Below are positions 30,286 through 41,797 of a stretch of DNA of 64,000 bases, piece by piece. The position numbers and the translations under genes are program-made. The stretch spans positions 2,208,001-2,272,000 of the forward strand of contig OY970166.1 of NCBI GenBank assembly GCA_963706595.1, written 5' to 3'. The number at the start of each line of letters is the position of its first letter. Positions within the stretch are counted from its first letter, which is position 1. The stretch is from an uncultured cyanobacterium. GTDB lineage: Bacteria; Cyanobacteriota; Cyanobacteriia; Cyanobacteriales; Nostocaceae. The notes under the pieces are model-generated. The model saw only the letters and a program-made list of their open reading frames with translations. It had not been told where the DNA came from and did not search any database.

Positions 30286-31906
30286 CTATCCATTACCCAC
30301 ATCTTTCTTAACATGGCTGTAAAGCAGACTGTGTGGGGATGACATAGCTTCCATGAGAGGGGATGGTTGACAAACTAGACAAAACATGAAAATGAATATA
30401 TCTATATTGGGATGCGATCGTTAACCAGAAACATCAGATGGGGAGTGGGAATGGAGAAGTTTCCAGGTAGCGGCGATATCGTGTAATCGCCGTAAACCCC
30501 GCCAAATAGTTTTAACTCCCGGCTCACCATCTCCCTTGCGAGCCAGAAAGCCGCCGAGAGTGGCAATCATTCGCACCGCTTCTCGTAAAGATGGAGGTTT
30601 TTTTGGTGGGGTGGGATTTTTGTTGACAGTGGCACATAAAGATTGCCATTCATCAGTTTCTAAAACAGCATCAGAGGATAAATCAGGGTGAACTCGTGAG
30701 GAGTAAGTTAGCCATAATAAACGCCAAGCGACAACAGAATAAGTGGCTAGTGCCATATTGATGCGGTCAGCAGTGGACAATTGTAATTGTTCAATTCTAC
30801 ACCCACTCTTTAGAGTGTAATGATAGCGTTCTATCAACCAACGATAGGTGTACCATTGCACACAACGCGCGGCATCTTCTAAGTTATGAATCTCAAGGCT
30901 GGTGAGCAATAACCAACTAATAGGATTGACTCCGGGTGGTGGATGATCTTCTGATGCCAGAATTACTTGTAACTTGACAGGTTTTAGCTGTGAACGCCCG
31001 ATGTGATGTAATGGGACTTGGATATCAACACTAGTGAATCGAATTGTAAGTATCGCTTTTCTAGCACTATGTTCTGGACTGCGTTTGACCTCTGCTGTCA
31101 GTGTTCCATTGGGTTCAATTTGGCGGATTGCAAGATGTAGATATTTCGCACAATGGTCAACTTTGCGGTTGTGAGTCCCACGAATTAACAAATGGGAATT
31201 TTCTGAACGTTTGAGATTAAATAAGTCAAATATGTCTGCTTCTGAGTCACCTATTGTCACCACTTGAATCTCTGATGGGACTGAGCTTTGTGTGACTTCT
31301 AATCCATCTAACCAGCGCTGACTTTCTTTTAAAAGTGTTTCCCTTTGACGACGTTTTTTCGCTATGCCCAAATTTTCAGGTGGTCTAGCCCATACCTGCT
31401 GTTCAATAATTCCTAACGGCACTCCATTACTTGTGGCAGCAAATGTTGAATGTACTTTCAATCCTGATGATTGACGATGGTCAAGATAACCCACACCTTT
31501 AGTTTTGGGGTGGTCTGTTAAATCTATGTTTGTTGTGTCTTGAATCGCTAAGACTATTTGATGTTCTTTGATTCTTTCGATTGTGCTATTTATATGCCCT
31601 TGACGAATTTCACTGGCGGGAAAATATGGTGATTTCCAAAAGTTATATGCCGCTTTGGTTGCTGCCATATTTCCGCTCGCTTGTGGTACGCTGCTATCCG
31701 GCTGTGCGGCTAAGTCCTCTACTATCTTGATTAACCGCTTGTTTCGACGAAGGTCTCCTAGGTCTACCCCAGACAGTTCCTTGGCTGCCCACTTTTCCAT
31801 GATTCCATTACCCGATTCTGTTCTCTCCACACTATACTTAGCAAGCTTTTTCCCTTTATATTAAGTATCTTGTTGGATTGTTAAGAAAGATGCGGGTAAT
31901 GGATAG
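30286..31906 (-). mobile_element. IS4-family (IS50/Tn5-like) insertion sequence, 1621 bp
   Basis: 28-bp TIR CTATCCATTACCC(A/G)CATCTTTCTTAACA with one mismatch; no target duplication visible. Confidence 0.93.
30421..31800 (-). CDS. IS4-family Tn5-like transposase
   Basis: LGDLRRNKR, IQDTT, KESQRW, GDSEAD, WLLLTS, YTYRWLIERYHYTLKSG (YREK), LGGFLARKGDGEPG. Confidence 0.95.
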   Translation of the reverse strand: MEKWAAKELSGVDLGDLRRNKRLIKIVEDLAAQPDSSVPQASGNMAATKAAYNFWKSPYFPASEIRQGHINSTIERIKEHQIVLAIQDTTNIDLTDHPKTKGVGYLDHRQSSGLKVHSTFAATSNGVPLGIIEQQVWARPPENLGIAKKRRQRETLLKESQRWLDGLEVTQSSVPSEIQVVTIGDSEADIFDLFNLKRSENSHLLIRGTHNRKVDHCAKYLHLAIRQIEPNGTLTAEVKRSPEHSARKAILTIRFTSVDIQVPLHHIGRSQLKPVKLQVILASEDHPPPGVNPISWLLLTSLEIHNLEDAARCVQWYTYRWLIERYHYTLKSGCRIEQLQLSTADRINMALATYSVVAWRLLWLTYSSRVHPDLSSDAVLETDEWQSLCATVNKNPTPPKKPPSLREAVRMIATLGGFLARKGDGEPGVKTIWRGLRRLHDIAATWKLLHSHSPSDVSG

Positions 31907-31965
31907 TTACTAAGGAGAGGGGTTTGGGGTGGGGTAATTCTTTCCTTGATAAGAAAAAAATTTTA

Positions 31966-32628
31966 TTAAGATTTAGTTTCCTGTGTCTGCGCGTCAATAA
32001 CTGAACTCCAGTCATCGTTTTTCACAGCAGCTTCCAGTTGACGCTGACGTTCCGCTTCACTCCCATCCACCTTTTCTATTTCTTGAGACAAAGTTGAATC
32101 AGCCATTGCTTTCCGCAACTTTAACTTTTTCTCCTCATAAGCGTGGCGTTCCGCTTCTGACATCACCGCCTTAGCCGCCTCACCTACCGTACTCGCCCAC
32201 ATTCCGCCTTCAGCAGCATTACCAGGGGGTGTAGTTTCCAATTCTGCTATCCAAGCATCTCGCAAATCTTCCATGTCTTGACGCTTGGGAAACTTAAAAT
32301 TCTGTACCCTCACAAAAGCGCACTTTTGCTCACCATATTGGCTAACATGACCATTGAGGGAAAGTAAAACATTCCGAGAATAGCCAATGTACTGGGTTTG
32401 GCTGTCTGCATCCAAAACCGCGTATACTCCGGCAATTTTGGCATTGTGGTCAGCCGTGCGCCAACTTTCTAGAGGCATAATATCTACCCCATTATTGGCG
32501 AATATAGGCGTTATAGCCAGTTCAGTGGTATCGTGTTCATCGTCGGAACTATACAAAAATTCATGTAACCCACGGTGATTGACTGGTACATTTTGATGCT
32601 CAATTGGCAAATTGTTCTCAGATTCCAT
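31966..32628 (-). CDS. GIY-YIG domain protein
   Basis: AGVYAV..QYIGYSRN; likely start MESENN at 32628. Confidence 0.8.
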   Translation of the reverse strand: MESENNLPIEHQNVPVNHRGLHEFLYSSDDEHDTTELAITPIFANNGVDIMPLESWRTADHNAKIAGVYAVLDADSQTQYIGYSRNVLLSLNGHVSQYGEQKCAFVRVQNFKFPKRQDMEDLRDAWIAELETTPPGNAAEGGMWASTVGEAAKAVMSEAERHAYEEKKLKLRKAMADSTLSQEIEKVDGSEAERQRQLEAAVKNDDWSSVIDAQTQETKS

Positions 32629-32838
32629 CACAGTAAATCTCCGTGTTATTAAATAGATGCCCTTAAAACATTGAAGCTTAAATTTACCCACATCCCCAAG
32701 AAAGCTGAATCTGTATTTTTGTGAGTTTTGGTGAGCGATCGCCAATCAAAGGCAAATGTTCGTGTAATATTAATTAGCCTTTTTATCGTACTTCACGGGT
32801 GAGGAAATTATCCCCTAAGTCAACTACAAAATGCCTTC

Positions 32839-33762
32839 ATGAATCAAATTAAGCCTCAAAAGTGGAATTTTATCAAACAAAGATTGACTCCTTACTTATT
32901 CTTACTCCCCGCTTTAATTCTCTTGGTTTTAACAGTTTTTTGGCCAGCAATACAAGCATTTTACCTCAGCTTCACCAGCTACGAAGACCTTTCCCAACCA
33001 CCGCAATGGATAGGTTTTGCCAACTTTCTCCGCTTGTGGAAAGATGCAGTTTTTTGGAAAACCTTAGAAAATACTTTTCTCTATCTTGTGGGTGTTGTCC
33101 CAATTTTAGTCATGGCTCCCTTAGTTTTGGCAATTTTGGTAAATCAGAAACTGCGAGGGATGAATTGGTTTAGAGCAGCTTATTACACCCCGGTAGTGAT
33201 ATCAATGGTAGTAGCTGGCATCGCTTGGAAATGGCTGTATGCAGAAAACGGCTTACTCAATCAGTTACTCAAAACTTGGAATATTTTGCCAGAAGGAATT
33301 CCCTGGCTAACTAGCCCAGAAAAGCTACTTGGCATTGTACCGATTTCTCTAGCCAGTGTCATGGCTGTCACCATTTGGAAAGGACTCGGCTATTACATGG
33401 TAATTTATTTAGCGGGGTTGCAATCAATTCCGGCTGATGTCTATGAAGCCGCAGCTATTGATGGTTCAGATGGTATCCGCAAACACTGGGATATTACAGT
33501 ACCCTTAATGAAGCCGTACTTAGCGCTAGTGGCGGTAATTTCTGCAATTTCTGCCACCAAAGTATTTGAAGAAGTATTTATTATGACCCAAGGCGGTCCA
33601 TTAAATAGCTCCAAAACCATTGTTTACTATTTATATGAAGAAGCCTTTAGTAACTTAGAAATTAGCTATGCTTGCACCATTGGATTAGTATTATTTTTAA
33701 TTATTTTAGTGTTATCAGTCTTGCGATTAGCGATCAATCAACAGGAAGATATCACAATTTAA
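32839..33762 (+). CDS. Carbohydrate ABC permease
   Basis: YLFLLPAL, WIGFANF, YEAAAIDG EAA loop, TQGGP. Confidence 0.92.
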   Translation: MNQIKPQKWNFIKQRLTPYLFLLPALILLVLTVFWPAIQAFYLSFTSYEDLSQPPQWIGFANFLRLWKDAVFWKTLENTFLYLVGVVPILVMAPLVLAILVNQKLRGMNWFRAAYYTPVVISMVVAGIAWKWLYAENGLLNQLLKTWNILPEGIPWLTSPEKLLGIVPISLASVMAVTIWKGLGYYMVIYLAGLQSIPADVYEAAAIDGSDGIRKHWDITVPLMKPYLALVAVISAISATKVFEEVFIMTQGGPLNSSKTIVYYLYEEAFSNLEISYACTIGLVLFLIILVLSVLRLAINQQEDITI

Positions 33763-34290
33763 ATCCATATTTTGCCACAGAAAAACAAATTTGGCAAAAA
33801 ACACATTTGAGCATTCATGAATATGCCAAAATATTAATTGAGAGCTAACCATTAAATGAATTAGCCCATCAATAAAAACCGCATTAACTACATCACCAAT
33901 TTAAAATATAGGACTCCTATTTGATTTCTGAATATCAATACAACTTAAAATGGCTTTTTCCCACTCCCCACTCCCCACTCCCCACCTACGCAAGTAAGTT
34001 AAAAAATCAAAGCGGATTACAATATTAATTTATGGCCTTTGACAGATTAATTTTGCCAAGATATTTAGGTACTAATCTATCCAATCACTCGTGAAAATTG
34101 CTTCAAACACTGATTCATCCAAGATCGAGTATGAAATTAACTCTGCCTAAATACTTAATTAACTTTGTTCACTAAAGTTTACTAGATAATTTCAGTATAT
34201 TTAAACTATGCCGTTAGGCTGAGGGACAGTATCCATAAAATTATTAACTATGGTCAGTAATTCTCTACTTAACGGAATTTTCACCAAACT

Positions 34291-34899
34291 ATGAAATTAA
34301 GTCAAAAACTCATAGGAAAAGTATTGTTCAATATAATCACTATAGGCAGTTTAGTCGCTCTATCTGCCTGTGCTGAACCTGTTACACAACGAACTCCACC
34401 CGTGACAGAAGCCCCTCCTGCCGCCCCGCCAGTTGCAGATACTCGTATAGAAACAACTGCTGACCTCAATTTAGCTGAACTGACACAAGCCGCAGCTAAA
34501 GAAGGACAGTTTCAAACGCTAACACGGGCAGTGGAAGCCGCAGGCTTACAGGATCAATTGGCAACGCCGGGACCTTACACAGTTTTTGCACCTACTGATG
34601 CCGCTTTTGCAGCGCTACCCACAGGCACTTTAGACAACCTCTTAAAACCAGAAAACAAAGACCAATTAACCAAGCTCATTGCCTACCACGTCATCCCAGG
34701 GCAAGTTACCTCTAGTCAACTGACATCTGGAGAAGTCAAAACAGTTGAGGGTAGTCCTGTGACAGTGAATGTTGATGACGCTACCCAAGCTGTCACTGTC
34801 AACGATGCTAGAGTGACTCAAGCAGATATTCCAGCTAGCAATGGCGTTGTTCACGTCATCGATCAGGTAATCCTACCACCTGATTTTCCAGGGACTTAA
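34291..34899 (+). CDS. Fasciclin (FAS1) domain lipoprotein
   Basis: Lipobox LSAC, GPYTVFAPTDAAF, ASNGVVHVIDQV. Confidence 0.93.
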   Translation: MKLSQKLIGKVLFNIITIGSLVALSACAEPVTQRTPPVTEAPPAAPPVADTRIETTADLNLAELTQAAAKEGQFQTLTRAVEAAGLQDQLATPGPYTVFAPTDAAFAALPTGTLDNLLKPENKDQLTKLIAYHVIPGQVTSSQLTSGEVKTVEGSPVTVNVDDATQAVTVNDARVTQADIPASNGVVHVIDQVILPPDFPGT

Positions 34900-35006
34900 G
34901 AATACAATCCAAACATCATATTTCTTAATAAAAAGAATACCTCCCCGGTCATATTTTTGAGCAAGCAAGAACAAAAACCGGGGAATTTTTCTTTGTGTTT
35001 TTTACT

Positions 35007-35175
35007 CAGCGTGTACACACAAGTTGGAAAACCTTTGATTTGAGTAGGGAGCGTTACGGACGTTAGTCCATAACGCACCGAAAATTGAGGATGGTGCGTT
35101 GTGCTACGCGACAAGACACCCTACAACAAAGGATTTCGAGTAAATTTAATTTAATCATTTGTGTATACACCGTAG
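35007..35175. mobile_element. Degenerate IS4-like MITE carrying a GTAG REP doublet
   Basis: GTGTACACACAAGT at 35011-35024, TGTGTATACACCGTAG ending at 35175, GTAGGG..CCCTAC at 35044-35124. Confidence 0.65.
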
Positions 35176-36591
35176 CCCTTTGGGACAAGGGGAGACGGCT
35201 ACGCGGTAGCGTATCGGAGGTTATAGCTATGCCTGTCAGGGCTTTACGAGTGCTGCTGAAGTCTAATGACTACGTATAGGGCATTGATTGAGTATTATTT
35301 AGACACATGAAGTTGATCAGCACTTCAGTTAAAAGTCAAAAGCACGGCTCCATAACATTGGGGTTAATTTCTTCCACAAGTTAGAAGAGCATTTGTTATG
35401 CTTGAATGGCAAAGCGAAATCTTGTTCACCAAGCAGAATTGGCTAAATGTCTTAAGGATTAAATATCACAGAATCACAACATTATCTTTAAGCTTAAAGT
35501 ATTATATTTAACAATCTTATTACTGAAAGCCCATCTGCAAGTAGGTTCCAAACCGATGATCAGACTTTTCTATGTTCCAACTTCTCACTGCTAATATCTT
35601 CCAGCGTTGCCGGGGTGATGGCTATTATTGTGCCTGTATCATCTAGAGATTCGCCTTAAGTAGGCTAATATCTGTAATTCTGACTGTCAAATTTCTGCTG
35701 AATTGATTAAAATATCGATGTATACAATAAGAACAGTTTGTCAACTTTCATAGGGTTGAAATTTCAGCAGTGCGCTAATGTGTGAATAAGACCAATCAGT
35801 AAAAATCTCAATTGTTGGCCTCATGGCTGATTCCGCCATCGCCTCAACTCCTTAGTTCAGGCATTTGGCATAATTAAGGTTAACTGTCTTGAGACAAGCA
35901 TCACCGTTCTTGCTGTCTTTACGCTGTGAGAAACTCCACGCAAGTCTTAAGATTGAGCCATTTATGAAGGAAATGTAAAAATGGGTGCATTAATATTTCT
36001 CGCTTAAGTTAACATTAACAAAACTGTTCCTCAGTAATTAATGTTGCACATCATACCTAAAAGTATGTAGTAGCGGGTGTATTTTCCTTTGAATGTCAAG
36101 ATAATGCCACTAGGATGCCAAAAAAATTTGAGAAAAATTTAAGGGCATGACTACCGTTTTCAATATCTTTTTGTTATTGGTGGCTTTACTTTGCACAATG
36201 GCATCATGATTAATACACAAAAAGAGTGCAATTTTTGTGAAACAGGCTACAATCGGAAAAGTCTTTATCAGAGAATATGCCAACGGTCATATTTTGTCTA
36301 TGTGGAGTGGTAGATTTTTGAGATCAAGACAAGCCTTTGTTCAGACGAATTTAGTTAAAAGTTGTATGTCATAGCAACACATGATGATTTCTAACTAAAA
36401 TGAGCAAGTCAGCAGTTACTGCGACTTTTCACATACCGTCAAAAAATCCTCTATGAAGAGGAGCAAACTTCCGAAAAGATTTCCGGGAAATCAGCCTAAA
36501 ACCCGATTTTCGGTAGTTAACTAGCTCGTTTAAAAAGAGCAGTAAACACATCTTGAGTAATTGATTCTGCAAGGAGCATGAGGAACGCGGC

Positions 36592-37767
36592 ATGAACCAG
36601 GCTAACAACGTACTCGAAAGCATTTATCAGCCTGACCTAGAAATAATAAATCAGCCTGAGCTCGAGTTAGAACTCTTAGTCGAAGAAGAAGAAGAAGAAG
36701 AGGACTTGCTGATTAACGATGATGGCGAAGATGAGTTTTTAGAGCCTCAGTCTGATGAGGACGACACAAAGTCTGGAAAAGCCGCTAAATCACGTCGTCG
36801 GACACAAAGCAAGAAAAAGCACTACACCGAAGACTCGATTCGCCTTTATCTGCAAGAAATTGGTCGGATTCGCCTATTGCGGGCAGACGAAGAAATTGAA
36901 TTGGCGCGAAAAATCGCTGATTTGTTGGAATTAGAAAGGGTGCGGGATAGACTGCAAGAACAGTTAGAACGCGAACCTGAATATCGGGAATGGGCGGAAG
37001 CTGTACAAATCCCATTACCAGCATTTCGTTATCGCCTGCATGTTGGTCGCAGGGCAAAAGATAAAATGGTGCAATCGAACCTGCGTCTTGTGGTGTCAAT
37101 TGCTAAGAAATACATGAATCGTGGTTTGTCTTTCCAAGACTTAATTCAGGAAGGTAGTCTCGGTTTGATTCGCGCTGCAGAAAAGTTTGACCACGAAAAA
37201 GGTTATAAGTTTTCTACTTATGCTACATGGTGGATTCGTCAAGCAATTACCCGTGCCATAGCTGATCAATCTCGTACTATCCGCCTACCGGTTCACCTCT
37301 ACGAAACCATTTCGCGGATCAAGAAAACTACCAAATTGCTATCCCAAGAAATGGGACGCAAACCTACTGAAGAAGAAATCGCGACTCGCATGGAAATGAC
37401 CATCGAGAAATTGCGGTTTATCGCTAAATCTGCCCAGTTACCTATCTCACTAGAAACGCCCATCGGTAAAGAAGAAGATTCTCGATTGGGCGATTTTATT
37501 GAGTCAGATGGTGAAACTCCCGAAGATCAGGTTTCCAAAAATCTGCTGCGCGAAGACCTGGAAAAAGTCCTCGATAGCCTCAGTCCTCGTGAACGCGATG
37601 TCCTCCGACTGCGCTATGGTTTGGATGACGGGCGCATGAAGACTCTGGAGGAAATTGGCCAAATTTTTAATGTTACCCGCGAACGAATTCGTCAAATTGA
37701 GGCCAAAGCACTCCGCAAGTTACGTCACCCGAATCGCAACAGTGTTCTTAAGGAATATATTCGGTAG
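36592..37767 (+). CDS. sigA: Principal RNA polymerase sigma factor
   Basis: [61 protein letters not shown]. Confidence 0.97.
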   Translation: MNQANNVLESIYQPDLEIINQPELELELLVEEEEEEEDLLINDDGEDEFLEPQSDEDDTKSGKAAKSRRRTQSKKKHYTEDSIRLYLQEIGRIRLLRADEEIELARKIADLLELERVRDRLQEQLEREPEYREWAEAVQIPLPAFRYRLHVGRRAKDKMVQSNLRLVVSIAKKYMNRGLSFQDLIQEGSLGLIRAAEKFDHEKGYKFSTYATWWIRQAITRAIADQSRTIRLPVHLYETISRIKKTTKLLSQEMGRKPTEEEIATRMEMTIEKLRFIAKSAQLPISLETPIGKEEDSRLGDFIESDGETPEDQVSKNLLREDLEKVLDSLSPRERDVLRLRYGLDDGRMKTLEEIGQIFNVTRERIRQIEAKALRKLRHPNRNSVLKEYIR

Positions 37768-37809
37768 TTATTAGTTATTAGTTATTAGTTATTAGTTATT
37801 GGTCATTAG
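37765..37809. repeat. STRR tract (TAGTTAT)n
   Basis: Tandem heptamers starting at the sigA stop codon. Confidence 0.85.
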
Positions 37810-37852
37810 CTTTATACCAATCTCTGATAACTAAAAAAAGTAACAAACAATT

Positions 37853-37889
37853 AAAAACCTGGTAGTGATGATTCACTACCAGGTTTTTT
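37853..37889. terminator. Bidirectional intrinsic terminator between sigA and the hli gene
   Basis: AAAAACCTGGTAGTGA-TGAT-TCACTACCAGGTTTTTT. Confidence 0.85.
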
Positions 37890-37926
37890 CTTATTTTTTT
37901 ATGTAGCTATTTCTGTATAGTCGAAT

Positions 37927-38106
37927 CTACAGAATTCCCCAGAAATGGAGGAAACCTTGACCAGAGAACAACTCAATGAGCGCTGCTGCTAAAAAGCCAA
38001 TCATTGCCAAGCGACCGTTCCAGATTTCTGCTTGGGGTGTAAAGCCCCAACGCCATTCGTTGCGATTTTCGTTTACGGGAGCATTAACGTTTGTTGCGTT
38101 TGTCAT
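37927..38106 (-). CDS. High-light-inducible protein (HLIP/SCP)
   Basis: [19 protein letters not shown] chlorophyll-binding motif. Confidence 0.93.
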   Translation of the reverse strand: MTNATNVNAPVNENRNEWRWGFTPQAEIWNGRLAMIGFLAAALIELFSGQGFLHFWGIL

Positions 38107-38146
38107 GGTTGGCACTCCAAATTAGATTTACGAAGTATTATTGCCT

Positions 38147-38164
38147 TATGTAAACTAATATAAC
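38147..38164 (-). promoter_or_regulatory. HLR1 (RpaB-binding) direct repeat upstream of hli
   Basis: Minus strand GTTATATT-AG-TTTACATA versus consensus (G/T)TTACA(T/A)(T/A)-N2-repeat. Confidence 0.65.
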
Positions 38165-38392
38165 AAATATTTTCATAAATGCAACCTTTATTTATAGTTT
38201 GTTGCTATATTTTGACTACTCTTTGCTGGGGAGTGGGGAGTGGGGAGTGGGGAGTGGGTTCAAACCGTAATGGTGTCTAAGTTTGATTATCCGTTTATGT
38301 TTTAACGTCCTTGGCGATCGCCAGATCAAAATAAAAACCTCACAGGGAGAAGCCGCATGAGGTTAAAATTAGCTGTATTTGGTCAAAGCAGT

Positions 38393-40903
38393 TTACATCC
38401 GCACTTCTATGACTGAGATAATTCTTTCATCGCGGTTAAGTTCAATCATGCTTTCACCCTTAGCATCTCTAGCTAATATCGGCACTGTGTCTACAGGTAT
38501 CCGGACTATACGCTCTTTATTGGTGAGTATTGCTACTTCGGCAGAGGCGATCGCCTTCACCATACCAGCTAAATGATCTGTCTTATTGGCAAATTTCAGG
38601 GATTGGATGCCTAAATTAGCCCGGTCAGCCCGTTTTAAATTACTCGCAGGTAAGCGTTTAGCATATCCTTCTTCAGTCACCAGCAACAAGTTATCGTCTC
38701 CAGCCGCAGTTACACAGCCCACCATGCGTTGATGTTTGAGCAGGCGTAATGCTTGTAACCCCATTGCAGTCCGACCCATCACAGGTAATTGTTGGTCATC
38801 TGCGGCGAACTTTAACAAGCGCCCGCCGGAACTGGCTAAAATCAGATTATCCTTGGAAGTGGTTAACTGGGTAAATAACAATTCATCATCTTCTTTGAGC
38901 TTGAGAATCGTAATTCCCCGACGAGTCAGATTTGTAAATTCTGCTAACGACAGGCGCTTAATTCGTCCTTCCTTGGTCAGGAGAACCATCTGTTGAGTTT
39001 CTAAACTTTCTGGTAGAATCAGGCGACTCACCACGCCTTCTTGAGCGCTTTGAGCCGTGGTACTGAGCATTGTAATTAGTGGTGTTCCCCGTGGAGAACG
39101 TCCAGTAGTGGGGCGAATATCTCCCACATTTACAGGGTAGACTTTACCGCTACTGGTAATGATCAGCAAGTCTTGATCTGTGGCGGTTAAATCGGTTTGG
39201 ATGATGAAGTCATGATCGGGTAGAGCGTTTTCAGCTTTCGATTTTTTGCCTGTTGGCTGAAGGCGACGCACATATCCCCGGTGGCTAAATTCTAAAACTA
39301 CTTCTTCGGCTGGTTCAGTAGAGGGGGAATTTTGCGGATCGATTTCGGCGGCTGTGCTGGGAAGTTTTTCTACACCTTTGACTTTGGCAAATTCTTGACT
39401 ATTTCTAGCTAAAAGCTTAGTCCGCCGGGGATTGTTGTATTTGCGCTTGAGCGATCGCAAATCTTTTTTCAGTGTTTTCAGTAATTCGTGGCGATCGCTG
39501 AGTAATCTTTGCAATTCCCCAATTTGCTGACTCAGTTGCTCAAACTCTTGTTGCAAGTTACGCTGTTCTAAGCTAGTCAGGCGGCGTAATGGCATCGCTA
39601 GAATCGCATCTGCTTGTGACTCACTCAAATCCAGACGGCTACAAAGGCTGATTTTAGCGGTAGTACCATCAGCAGCTGTTCGCAAAATTTCAATTAATTG
39701 ATCCAGTTGCGATAATGCTTTGAGCAACCCGGACACGATATGCAGCCGACTTTCGGCCTTACCTAACTCATAACTGTAGCGACGGTTGAGAGTTTGCTCA
39801 CGGAATTTCAAAAACTCCTGTAACATTTGCCGCAAACTTAACTGGCGGGGTTGCCCATCTACTAAGGCTAAAAGAATCGCCCCAAAGTTGCTTTGCAAGG
39901 CGGTTTGGTGATACAAGTGTTGCAAAAGTTCTTGGGGGTTGGTATCACGTTTGAGTTCAATTACTACCCGCATTCCTTCGCGATCGCTTTCGTCCCGCAG
40001 GTCAGAAATCCCATGCAAACGACCTTGATTGACTAAATCGGCGACTTTCTCAATCCAGCCAGCCTTATTTACTTGATAAGGCAATTCGGTGATAATAATT
40101 GCTGTCCGCCGCTTACTGCCTTTGGTAGGGGCAATTTCTTCGGTATTGGCGACTCCGCGCAGCACAATGCTACCCTTACCACTGGTGTATGCTTCCCGAA
40201 TCCCTGTCTCACCAACGATTTCTCCACCGGTGGGAAAGTCGGGACCAGGAATGATTTCCCATAACTTTTGATCGGACAAATCTGGTTGGTCAATTAAAGC
40301 AATCAAGCCATCAACTAATTCTCCCAAGTTGTGCGGGGGAATATTTGTCGCCATACCCACAGCAATCCCAGAACAGCCATTGAGTAAGAGAAAAGGCAAT
40401 TGAGCCGGAAGTACGGTGGGTTCTTGTTGGGAATTATCAAAGTTACCGATGAATTCCACCGTTTCATCGCCAATTTCTGCCAACATTCCCTCATGGCTGA
40501 TGGGTGCGAGACGCGTTTCTGTGTAACGCATCGCTGCGGGTGGATCATTATCGACACTACCAAAGTTACCATGTCCTGCTAATAGGGGGTAGCGGCTGGA
40601 AAATTCTTGTACTAATCTGACTAAGGCATCATAAACTGATTGATCACCGTGGGGGTGGTATTTACCTAGCACATCTCCGACTACACGGGCGCACTTACGA
40701 TAGGGTCTATCTGGGGTTAAACCTAGTTCGTGCATGGCATATAAAATCCGCCGATGCACTGGTTTTAAGCCATCACGCACGTCGGGTAAGGCTCGCCCCA
40801 CAATCACACTCATGGCATATTCTAGGTAAGACCGTTGCATCTCCGTGTGCAGGGCTGTTGTGATTACCTGTCCCGTGGGGAGAAGGTTTAACTGTTTTGC
40901 CAT
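38393..40903 (-). CDS. Type IIA topoisomerase subunit A, ParC-like paralog of GyrA
   Basis: [26 protein letters not shown]-terminal pinwheel repeats; no QxRGGKG GyrA-box seen. Confidence 0.88.
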   Translation of the reverse strand: MAKQLNLLPTGQVITTALHTEMQRSYLEYAMSVIVGRALPDVRDGLKPVHRRILYAMHELGLTPDRPYRKCARVVGDVLGKYHPHGDQSVYDALVRLVQEFSSRYPLLAGHGNFGSVDNDPPAAMRYTETRLAPISHEGMLAEIGDETVEFIGNFDNSQQEPTVLPAQLPFLLLNGCSGIAVGMATNIPPHNLGELVDGLIALIDQPDLSDQKLWEIIPGPDFPTGGEIVGETGIREAYTSGKGSIVLRGVANTEEIAPTKGSKRRTAIIITELPYQVNKAGWIEKVADLVNQGRLHGISDLRDESDREGMRVVIELKRDTNPQELLQHLYHQTALQSNFGAILLALVDGQPRQLSLRQMLQEFLKFREQTLNRRYSYELGKAESRLHIVSGLLKALSQLDQLIEILRTAADGTTAKISLCSRLDLSESQADAILAMPLRRLTSLEQRNLQQEFEQLSQQIGELQRLLSDRHELLKTLKKDLRSLKRKYNNPRRTKLLARNSQEFAKVKGVEKLPSTAAEIDPQNSPSTEPAEEVVLEFSHRGYVRRLQPTGKKSKAENALPDHDFIIQTDLTATDQDLLIITSSGKVYPVNVGDIRPTTGRSPRGTPLITMLSTTAQSAQEGVVSRLILPESLETQQMVLLTKEGRIKRLSLAEFTNLTRRGITILKLKEDDELLFTQLTTSKDNLILASSGGRLLKFAADDQQLPVMGRTAMGLQALRLLKHQRMVGCVTAAGDDNLLLVTEEGYAKRLPASNLKRADRANLGIQSLKFANKTDHLAGMVKAIASAEVAILTNKERIVRIPVDTVPILARDAKGESMIELNRDERIISVIEVRM

Positions 40904-41130
40904 GAGTTTTTTCCCTGAAATTTAATTACACAAAGGTCGCTTGATTTGAACACCGCAGCAAACACAGCATAACGGATGAAATGGGATTCCTAACACAATT
41001 TTGATGGTCAAAGGATAAACAACAGTAGTATTATCCTTGATGACAGGGTGATAATTTGATCATTAAAAAGGAGCGAAACAACTGTTTTTGTCAGGTTGTC
41101 CTCTCCTTCTACTCTATAAATAAAATTCTC

Positions 41131-41535
41131 ATGAAAACTGTTCTAATTGTTGAAGACGATCTGATTAATGCTCGCGTTTTTTCCAAAATTTTGACCAAGC
41201 GGGGTGGCTTGAATGTCAAACATACAGAAAATGTGGAAGAAGTCATGGAAATTGCCGATTCAGGGGCAGCTGACCTGATTTTAATGGATGTTTCTCTGTC
41301 CAGAAGCGTTTACCAAGGTCAGTCTGTTGATGGGATCAAAATTACCCAAATGTTGAAATCAAACCCAAAAACGGCACATTTACCGATTATTCTGGTAACG
41401 GCACACGCTATGCAAGGCGATCGCGAAAACTTTCTCAAGCAAAGCGGCGCTGATGGCTACATTTCTAAACCCGTTGTCGATCATCAACAGTTTGTTGAAC
41501 AAATCATTGCACTTTTCCCCAAAGATATCCATTAA
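41131..41535 (+). CDS. Single-domain response regulator (DivK-like)
   Basis: LIVEDD, LILMDV, VTAHAM, YISKP. Confidence 0.9.
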   Translation: MKTVLIVEDDLINARVFSKILTKRGGLNVKHTENVEEVMEIADSGAADLILMDVSLSRSVYQGQSVDGIKITQMLKSNPKTAHLPIILVTAHAMQGDRENFLKQSGADGYISKPVVDHQQFVEQIIALFPKDIH

Positions 41536-41612
41536 GAACTGACGGCTGCTGTCAGGAATACTCGCCCACTCAATAATTTGGGCGAATAATTCCTGTATTA
41601 TATAGTATGTAT

Positions 41613-41797
41613 GTACTAAAAAATGGTGTGTTCGGCAAGTGGTCTAGTGAAAAAGCCAAGGGTAAAGAGTTGGGAATTTCTGCCTGTTGGGGATTTCCCT
41701 CAATCCCCAAGACCTGACTGCTGTAAAAATTATGTCAAGCGCTTACGGCGTAGCCTGCCGGAGGCTGAATGACGAATTTAACGGCAATTAGTTTTAC
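41613..41797 (+). ncRNA. ssaA: 6S RNA
   Basis: GGCAAGTGGTCTAGTGA..GCCAAGGGTAA..ACCTGACTGCTGTAAAAA..GCTTACGGCG..TGCCGGA matches my recollection of cyanobacterial 6S RNA; closing stem has G-U pairs on +; TATAGT -10 at 41601. Ends approximate. Confidence 0.85.

Noticed and set aside
33909..34022. Possible degenerate MITE (AGGACTCCTATTTGATTT..AAATCAAAGCGGATT)
   Set aside because: Ends too degenerate and no clear target duplication
38393..40903. Assigning the symbol gyrA
   Set aside because: No GyrA-box seen; more likely the second, ParC-like paralog
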